A DNA stretch of 64,000 nucleotides from Burkholderiaceae bacterium. GTDB taxonomy: Bacteria > Pseudomonadota > Gammaproteobacteria > Burkholderiales > Burkholderiaceae_E. Positions 58,638-64,000 of the stretch are shown here, piece by piece; within the stretch, counting starts at the first letter, position 1, and the number at the start of each line of letters is the position of its first letter. The notes below the pieces were generated by a model. It was not told the DNA's origin, searched no databases, and worked only from the letters and a program-made list of their open reading frames with translations. Made by a program: the position numbers and the translations under genes. The stretch spans positions 15,338 through 79,337 of the forward strand of contig JBIPLJ010000008.1 in assembly GCA_044368415.1 (NCBI GenBank). Direction: 5' to 3'.

Positions 58638-59560
58638 CAGAACAGACCTTTTTCTTCGGCTCCCGGTCGCACCTGCCGGCTACGCTGACGCTGCCGCGCA
58701 GCGGTCCGACACGGCGCGTCGCGATGCTGCTGCTGCCGTCGGGCCTCATCCATCGTATCGGTCCGCACCGCGTCAACGTGAAGCTCGCGCGGCGACTCTC
58801 GGAGCACGGGTTCGCGTCGCTGCGCTTCGACCTGTCCTCGATCGGCGACGCGATGCCTTCAGGCTCCGCCCGGCCTTACGCCGAGCAGGCCGTCGACGAG
58901 ATCCGCGCGGCGATGGACGCGGTCACCGAGCGTACTGGCATCGACCGATTCCTCATCTACGGCATCTGTACCGGCGCGGTCCACGCGTTCGCCGCGACGC
59001 GCGCCGACGACCGGGTGGCAAGCCTCTACATGCAGGACGGCTACGCATGGCCGACACTGCGCACGCGGGTACGCCGCTGGCTGCTTCCGATCATGGGCGA
59101 GCCCGGACGGGTATCGCGCGCGCTCATGCGCCGCCTGCGGGCGATACCGACCCTGCCCGGCGCCCTCGCCGCGCGGGCCTGGCAGGAGCCCCAGCACAAC
59201 GGCGCGGTCGACGATACGGTCGACGCCCCGTTGGGGCCCGGCGGCCGCAGCCCGGCGCAGTTCGCGGCCCTCGTCGATGCACTCGCGGAGCGGGGCACGT
59301 CGGTGCGACTGCTCTACACCGGAAGCCTGCTCAACCTGTACAACTATCCGTCGCAGTTCGCCGACTCCATCCCGATCCGCAGCGCTCCGGGACTCGTCGC
59401 CTGCGAGTTCCTGCCGGACGTCGACCACACGCTGTCGAACCTGCACGCGCAGCGCGTGCTCACCGCCAGCATTCTCCGGTGGGCCCTCGACGAGGACAGT
59501 CGCGACGGCCGCCGGCGGTGCGGCGACCTGGGCGTGGCCCCCGAGGGCAGCACGGCGTGA
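58634..59560 (+). CDS. Alpha/beta-fold protein, exosortase-A-associated 'hydrolase 1'-like (Cys in the nucleophile elbow)
   Basis: VAMLLLPSGLIHRIGPHR.., LRFDLSSIGD.., elbow FLIYGICTGAVHAF, late ..DVDHTL (candidate catalytic His); 308 aa. Confidence 0.65.
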   Translation: MTEQTFFFGSRSHLPATLTLPRSGPTRRVAMLLLPSGLIHRIGPHRVNVKLARRLSEHGFASLRFDLSSIGDAMPSGSARPYAEQAVDEIRAAMDAVTERTGIDRFLIYGICTGAVHAFAATRADDRVASLYMQDGYAWPTLRTRVRRWLLPIMGEPGRVSRALMRRLRAIPTLPGALAARAWQEPQHNGAVDDTVDAPLGPGGRSPAQFAALVDALAERGTSVRLLYTGSLLNLYNYPSQFADSIPIRSAPGLVACEFLPDVDHTLSNLHAQRVLTASILRWALDEDSRDGRRRCGDLGVAPEGSTA

Positions 59561-59598
59561 GCCCCGGGCCCGCTCGCCCTCTACCCGAAGACCCGCAG

Positions 59599-61002
59599 GT
59601 GTCCCGCCGCCGGGCCACGACGGCGCTGGCCGGCATGGCGCTGTCGGCGACCCTGCGCGACGCAAAAGCAGCCGGTCCGTCGGCCGGTACCGCCGTCGGC
59701 GGGGCGTTCGTGCCCGCACGGCCCGAGGCCGCCGGGCCGGCCGCCACCGATGTGCTCTATCCACACGGCTTCCAGCTCAAGGGGCTCGCGTCAGACCCGA
59801 TCCTGCGGCTCGAGCGGCCCCGCGCCAAGGCGAACGACCTGGCCACGCCGAGCTACGTCGACCCGGCCTTCGGCACCCGCATCTACAAGGCCACCGAGGC
59901 GGCCGACTTCAAGGACGCGGTGCACGTCCGACATGACTACAGCCGCCGACAGGCGTTCAACGCTGACACCACACGCATGCTCGCGACCACGAGCAACGGT
60001 TACTGGGTGCTGTACGACGCGAACACGTTCGTCCGCCTGAACCGGGCCGGAACCGACGGCGCCCTCGCCGGGCTCGGTGGCGACTCCGAGGCGATCTGGC
60101 ACCCGAGCGAGCCGCGCAGGCTGTTCTGGAACCAGGGCTTGGTGTGGTACCAGAAGGACGTCGAGTCGGACCGCGACACGGTGATGGCGGACTTCACGCG
60201 CCGCCTGCCCTGGCCGGGCGCGACGCGGGTCTGGACCAAGTCGGAAGGCGGATGTTCCGCGGACGGCCGTTACTGGGCCTTCATGGCGACCTCGTATGAC
60301 GAGCGGACGCAGCGCAATGCCGTCTACGGCCTGCTGAGCTACGACCGGCACGACGATCGCATCCTGGGCATGCTCGATGCGGCCGCCTTCGGCGGCGCCT
60401 TTCCGGACCATGTCGGCATCACACCGAGCGGGCGCTTCGCAGTGCCGTCCTGGGCGCACGACAAGTCGCGGGGCACGCGCGCCTATCCGCTCGATTTCTC
60501 GTCGTCACGGCAGCTGCATGTAATGAGCGAGCACAGTGACCTCGCCTTCGGCCCGGACGGCGAGGACGTGTACGTCTTCACCGACTACGAACGCGGCGCG
60601 ATCCGCGCCATGGACGTGGCCACCGGTGCGGCGTACGACCTGCTGCCGCTGTATCCGCGGGTCGGCAGCAGCTATGCCGCCCATGTGTCAGGCCAAGCGT
60701 TCGGACGGCCGGGCTGGGCGGTGATCAGCACCTACGCCGACAGCGCGGGCTACGGCGCCAGCGTGCCCGATCCGAAGATCGAGCCGATGTACCGCAAGGT
60801 GATGCTGGTCGAACTCAGACCGAAGGGCCGCCAGTACGCGGTCGCCCACACGCGCACGAACAAGGCCTACGGCGGCTATTTCGGCGAGCCCCAGGCAAGC
60901 GCCAGCCGCGACGGGTCGCGCATCGTCTTCGCGAGCAATTTTGATGACGGTGGTCCGCCGAGCAGCTATGTGATCATCGTGCCGACCACGGTCTACCGCT
61001 GA
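59599..61002 (+). CDS. Secreted (Tat-signal) beta-propeller-like protein of unknown function
   Basis: GTG 59599 gives VSRRRATTALAGMALSATLRDAKA-A, a twin-Arg motif with an h-region and AxA. Blade-like motifs recur: SNGYWVLYD, SADGRYWAF, TPSGRFAVP, GPDGEDVYVF, SRDGSRIVFASNFDDGG. ATG 59635 is the alternative start. Confidence 0.55.
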   Translation: MSRRRATTALAGMALSATLRDAKAAGPSAGTAVGGAFVPARPEAAGPAATDVLYPHGFQLKGLASDPILRLERPRAKANDLATPSYVDPAFGTRIYKATEAADFKDAVHVRHDYSRRQAFNADTTRMLATTSNGYWVLYDANTFVRLNRAGTDGALAGLGGDSEAIWHPSEPRRLFWNQGLVWYQKDVESDRDTVMADFTRRLPWPGATRVWTKSEGGCSADGRYWAFMATSYDERTQRNAVYGLLSYDRHDDRILGMLDAAAFGGAFPDHVGITPSGRFAVPSWAHDKSRGTRAYPLDFSSSRQLHVMSEHSDLAFGPDGEDVYVFTDYERGAIRAMDVATGAAYDLLPLYPRVGSSYAAHVSGQAFGRPGWAVISTYADSAGYGASVPDPKIEPMYRKVMLVELRPKGRQYAVAHTRTNKAYGGYFGEPQASASRDGSRIVFASNFDDGGPPSSYVIIVPTTVYR

Positions 61003-61030
61003 CGCCGACCGCGTCGCGCCGTTCGGGGCC

Positions 61031-61056
61031 TGCATCAGCGGCTTGCATCAGCGGCT
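61031..61056. repeat. Tandem 13-bp duplication (TGCATCAGCGGCT x2) in the convergent intergenic gap
   Basis: 61031-61043 and 61044-61056 are identical and are followed by a partial third copy (TGCC). Confidence 0.6.
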
Positions 61057-61072
61057 TGCCAAGCGCGCCGGA

Positions 61073-62275
61073 TCAGGACGCGCCGCGCCGGACCGCACTC
61101 CCGAGCGGAGGCGCGCGCAACGCCTCCCAGGTACCGAGCAGCTGATCAACCACCGCGCCGATCGATGCACGCTCCGCGACCAGCGCGCGTGCCTCGGCAC
61201 CGCGCCGCATGAGTTCGTCGTCGCCACAGGCGCCGATGTCGCACAGCGCCTCGGCCACCGCGTGCGCGTCGGCCGGCGGCACGAGCCAGCCGGTGCGGCC
61301 ATCGACGACGAAGTCCTCCGTCCCGCTCACCTTCGTACCCAGCACCGGCAAGCCGGCCGCCATGTACTCGAGCAGCGTGTTCGACAGCCCCTCGGTCAGC
61401 GAGCTCAGCACGCCGAAGTCGGCCGCGGCCAAATAGGCCTCCACCTGTTCGGTGGAACCGGTGAAGACAATCTGGTCGGCGATCCCCAGGCGCCGGCAGC
61501 TCGCCTCGAGCGCCGCACGCTCGCTACCGTCGCCGACCATCAACAGTCGCGTCGCGGGCTGTCCCCGTAATCCCCGAGCCCAGCCTTCGAGCAGGAACTC
61601 GAGCCCCTTCTCGCGCTCCAGCCTGCCCACGAACACCCCGACCCGCGTGGCGTCGCCCCGCAGCCGCCCGCGCAGCGCGGGGTCGAGCTCCAGGGCCTCG
61701 AAGCGCGCGACGTTCACGGCGTTCGGGATGCGGCGGACCTTGCGCGCCTCGAATCCGCGCTCGACCAGCAGGCCAGCGATGCGTTCGCTGATGGCTTGGT
61801 AGGCCGACGCGTGGCTCAGCGCCCGAGAGCGCAGTCGGACGGACCGTGCAGGGGTCGCGCTCAGCATGCCGCGCTGCATCTCGTACATGCCGGTCAGCTT
61901 GACCAGTACCGGCTTGCCGAGCATGCGCCCGACGATGCAACACACGGCCGCCATGTTCCCGGCGATGTGCGCGTGGATCACGTCGTAACGACTGCGTTCG
62001 CGCACCAGCCAGACCACGAGCGCGGCCAGCAGCCACGCCCCGCCGAGCAGGCGGACGTAGGGGTATGCGATGCGGTGAACGGCAATCCCATCGACCACGT
62101 CGTGGGTGCCCTGCGGCCCGCCAGCGATCATCGGCGCGACCACCTGCACGGGAATGCCCCGCTGCAGGAACTCGAGGCCGAGCGTGCGGACCTGAGATTC
62201 CGCGCCCCCTCCCTGGACCGCCGGAAACAGGCTGTCCACCACCATCAGCACCGATACCCCAGACTTGGTCATCAT
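61073..62275 (-). CDS. Family 4 (GT-B) glycosyltransferase
   Basis: VSVLMVVDSLFPAVQGGGAESQVRTL.., ..EGLSNTLLEYMAAGLPVLGTKVSGTEDFVVDGRTGWLV. Start at MMTKSG (ATG 62275). Confidence 0.85.
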   Translation of the reverse strand: MMTKSGVSVLMVVDSLFPAVQGGGAESQVRTLGLEFLQRGIPVQVVAPMIAGGPQGTHDVVDGIAVHRIAYPYVRLLGGAWLLAALVVWLVRERSRYDVIHAHIAGNMAAVCCIVGRMLGKPVLVKLTGMYEMQRGMLSATPARSVRLRSRALSHASAYQAISERIAGLLVERGFEARKVRRIPNAVNVARFEALELDPALRGRLRGDATRVGVFVGRLEREKGLEFLLEGWARGLRGQPATRLLMVGDGSERAALEASCRRLGIADQIVFTGSTEQVEAYLAAADFGVLSSLTEGLSNTLLEYMAAGLPVLGTKVSGTEDFVVDGRTGWLVPPADAHAVAEALCDIGACGDDELMRRGAEARALVAERASIGAVVDQLLGTWEALRAPPLGSAVRRGAS

Positions 62276-62360
62276 CCCATGGTCCGCAGGTCCGCCCTCG
62301 GCCGGGCTCGAGTACAGAGTAAACCCGTTCCGTCGCGAACCGACGAGGAACAACTGCCCA

Positions 62361-63137
62361 TCATTGCCTCGCGCCCATCGCATACGCGGCCAACCCGATC
62401 CATTCGTGCAGCGCCGCCTGCAGCCGGTCGACCGCTTTTACGCTCGGCACCCAGAGCCACCAGCCCGGATCGCGGACCTGCACGAAGGCGACCGGATGCG
62501 GCCGCATGGGGAGCCCGGCCTGGGCGGCCGCCAGCCGCGCGCGCCGCATGTGCATCGCCGAGGTCACCAGCCAGGTCTGTCCGACCTGTCCGGTGAGTAG
62601 CGCGGCGACACCGTCGATCTCCTCGCGCGTGTTGACGCCGGTCGGTGACACCGACACCGCAGAGGCCGGCACGCCGAGCTCACGTGCCAGCGCCGCACCG
62701 TACGCGGCGATCGAACGCGACGGGTCGTCATCGGGGCCGCCCGTGAACACCAGCACGCCGCCGATCGCGCGCCACAGCGCAACCGCACCGTGGATGCGCT
62801 CCCAGCCGTCTCGTGTCAGACGCACACGCTGCGCACCCGACGGCGAGCGAAGCTCGCCACTGGCGAGCACCACTATCCGGTGGTCCGAACGAGGCTGCGG
62901 CAGGGGCTCGGCAGCAAACGCCGATGGATCGCCCTCCAGGGCCACGATCAGCCGGTCGGCGACCGCGGGCGTCAGGCACAGCGAGCACCACGCGCAGGCC
63001 CCGAGTGCGAAGAGCCGCCCGCCGCGCGACACACGGCCCTGCTTGCGAGACCACGTCCAGACGGTCATAACTAGCAGCAGCAGCAAAAGGTGCAGCGGGG
63101 TGGGCAGCATCCATCCGACGACGTCGTCGATGAGCAT
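62361..63137 (-). CDS. DUF218 (YdcF/ElyC-like) membrane-anchored protein
   Basis: N-terminal TM helices (LHLLLLLLVMTVWTW), ..HRIVVLASGE.., ..VLVFTGG.., ..TWLVTSAMHMRRA (DUF218 signature). Start at ATG 63137, 5 nt after the xrtA stop. Confidence 0.75.
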   Translation of the reverse strand: MLIDDVVGWMLPTPLHLLLLLLVMTVWTWSRKQGRVSRGGRLFALGACAWCSLCLTPAVADRLIVALEGDPSAFAAEPLPQPRSDHRIVVLASGELRSPSGAQRVRLTRDGWERIHGAVALWRAIGGVLVFTGGPDDDPSRSIAAYGAALARELGVPASAVSVSPTGVNTREEIDGVAALLTGQVGQTWLVTSAMHMRRARLAAAQAGLPMRPHPVAFVQVRDPGWWLWVPSVKAVDRLQAALHEWIGLAAYAMGARQ

Positions 63138-63142
63138 CGGCG

Positions 63143-64000
63143 TCAGCGCTCTGTCGCCGGGCCGGTGTGCGCATCGAGCGCCCCAGCAAGCCGCACCGCC
63201 CAAGGCGCCAGCCGATCCCGGGCGGCCTGCGGTCCGAGCGAATCGAGGTCCGCTGACAGCACACCGACCGCGGCGTGGTCGCCGCGTCCGCGCAGCAGGC
63301 CCGCGAGCGAAGCGAGCTTTGTCGCGGCAGGGCCCTCGCGCGGCGCACCGTCGGCGACGGTCCAGTGCCAGATGATCCGCCGCCGATCGCCGTCGCGGAC
63401 CAGGTACTCGACGACGCCGAGCGGCCCGACGCGCTGCACCGACTCCTCGAAGATTCGCCAGCGTCGATCGCTGCGCGCGAGCACGGTGTTGCCCCAGCCG
63501 ATCAACTCGCTGCCCTGCCGCTGGCCGGCGTAGTAGGCGGCGAAGACGTCGATGCCCGCCTGCGGATCGACACGCAGCGCGACGCTGGATCGCGCGCCCG
63601 CGTACCGGGGCTCGGGCACCATCGCCGCGACGCCTGGCTCCCGGCGGCCCGGCTCGGCGAGCGCCGCAGCGACGCGGGCTTCGAATCCGTCGCGAGGCAC
63701 GATGCGCGTCGCGGCGGCGCCGACGTGCACCGCGCCGGCGATCGCGACCAGCAGCGCGGTCGCGGCGGCAAGCAGCGGCGCGATGGCGCCGCCGGGCGGG
63801 CGCCGCTGCACGCACCCCATGACGCGCCCGTCGGACGGGGCCTGCGGCACCGGGTCGTCGCCCAGCCTCGTCGCCAGCCACGACACGCCGAGCATCACCG
63901 CGCCGAACATCACCCATCCGTAGACCACGTGGTCGAGGCCGGTGCCGTAGCGCATCGAGCTCAGGTGGCCGACCATCACGACGACGATCGCCCGCAGCCA
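63143..64000 (-). CDS. xrtA: Exosortase A (XrtA) fused to a C-terminal EpsI-family domain; partial, N-terminus outside the window
   Basis: The frame is open to nt 64000: WLRAIVVVMVGHLSSMRYGTGLDHVVYGWVMFGAVMLGVSWL matches the last exosortase TM segments with the conserved His (H-x-x-x-G-W). A TM segment (IAPLLAAATALLVAIAGAV) and a ~190-aa periplasmic EpsI-like domain follow. Confidence 0.8.
   Translation of the reverse strand, partial: WLRAIVVVMVGHLSSMRYGTGLDHVVYGWVMFGAVMLGVSWLATRLGDDPVPQAPSDGRVMGCVQRRPPGGAIAPLLAAATALLVAIAGAVHVGAAATRIVPRDGFEARVAAALAEPGRREPGVAAMVPEPRYAGARSSVALRVDPQAGIDVFAAYYAGQRQGSELIGWGNTVLARSDRRWRIFEESVQRVGPLGVVEYLVRDGDRRRIIWHWTVADGAPREGPAATKLASLAGLLRGRGDHAAVGVLSADLDSLGPQAARDRLAPWAVRLAGALDAHTGPATER

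Overview
High-GC proteobacterial chromosome segment. The gene order looks betaproteobacterial, probably Burkholderiales-like: glnA-DUF4124-ntrBC; yicC facing a Ser/Thr kinase-PP2C-rph-rdgB-hemW operon; gmk-rpoZ-spoT. All family assignments were made by eye from motifs and gene context, with no database search.

nt 1-26250 is mostly core housekeeping. It also holds three visibly decayed genes: an HNH nuclease remnant, an acyl-CoA synthetase with a large in-frame internal deletion, and a quinone-oxidoreductase stub. A small SGNH/NmrA/TetR islet that looks lower in GC sits near the start.

nt 26300-64000 is a ~38 kb exopolysaccharide (EPS) region. It opens with a TviB/TviC-like UDP-HexNAc dehydrogenase and epimerase, followed by relA and mtfA. 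After that comes an exosortase-A (XrtA)/PEP-CTERM-type locus on the plus strand:
- priming sugar transferase, then prsK-prsR-prsT
- a Sel1-SLT lytic transglycosylase, a Wza-like exporter, a chain-length determinant, a separate tyrosine autokinase and a beta-barrel outer-membrane protein
- a Wzx flippase, two NodB deacetylases, one GT2 and two GT4 glycosyltransferases
- two AsnB-family amidotransferases, one lacking the Cys nucleophile
- an O-antigen-ligase/Wzy-like protein, two alpha/beta hydrolases with non-serine nucleophile elbows, and an uncharacterised Tat-signal beta-propeller-like protein

On the opposite strand are a partial xrtA-epsI fusion, a DUF218 gene and a third GT4. I recognised no rRNA, tRNA, CRISPR array, transposase or integrase. 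Most of the very long extra ORFs in the track are antisense or out-of-frame shadows typical of high-GC DNA.
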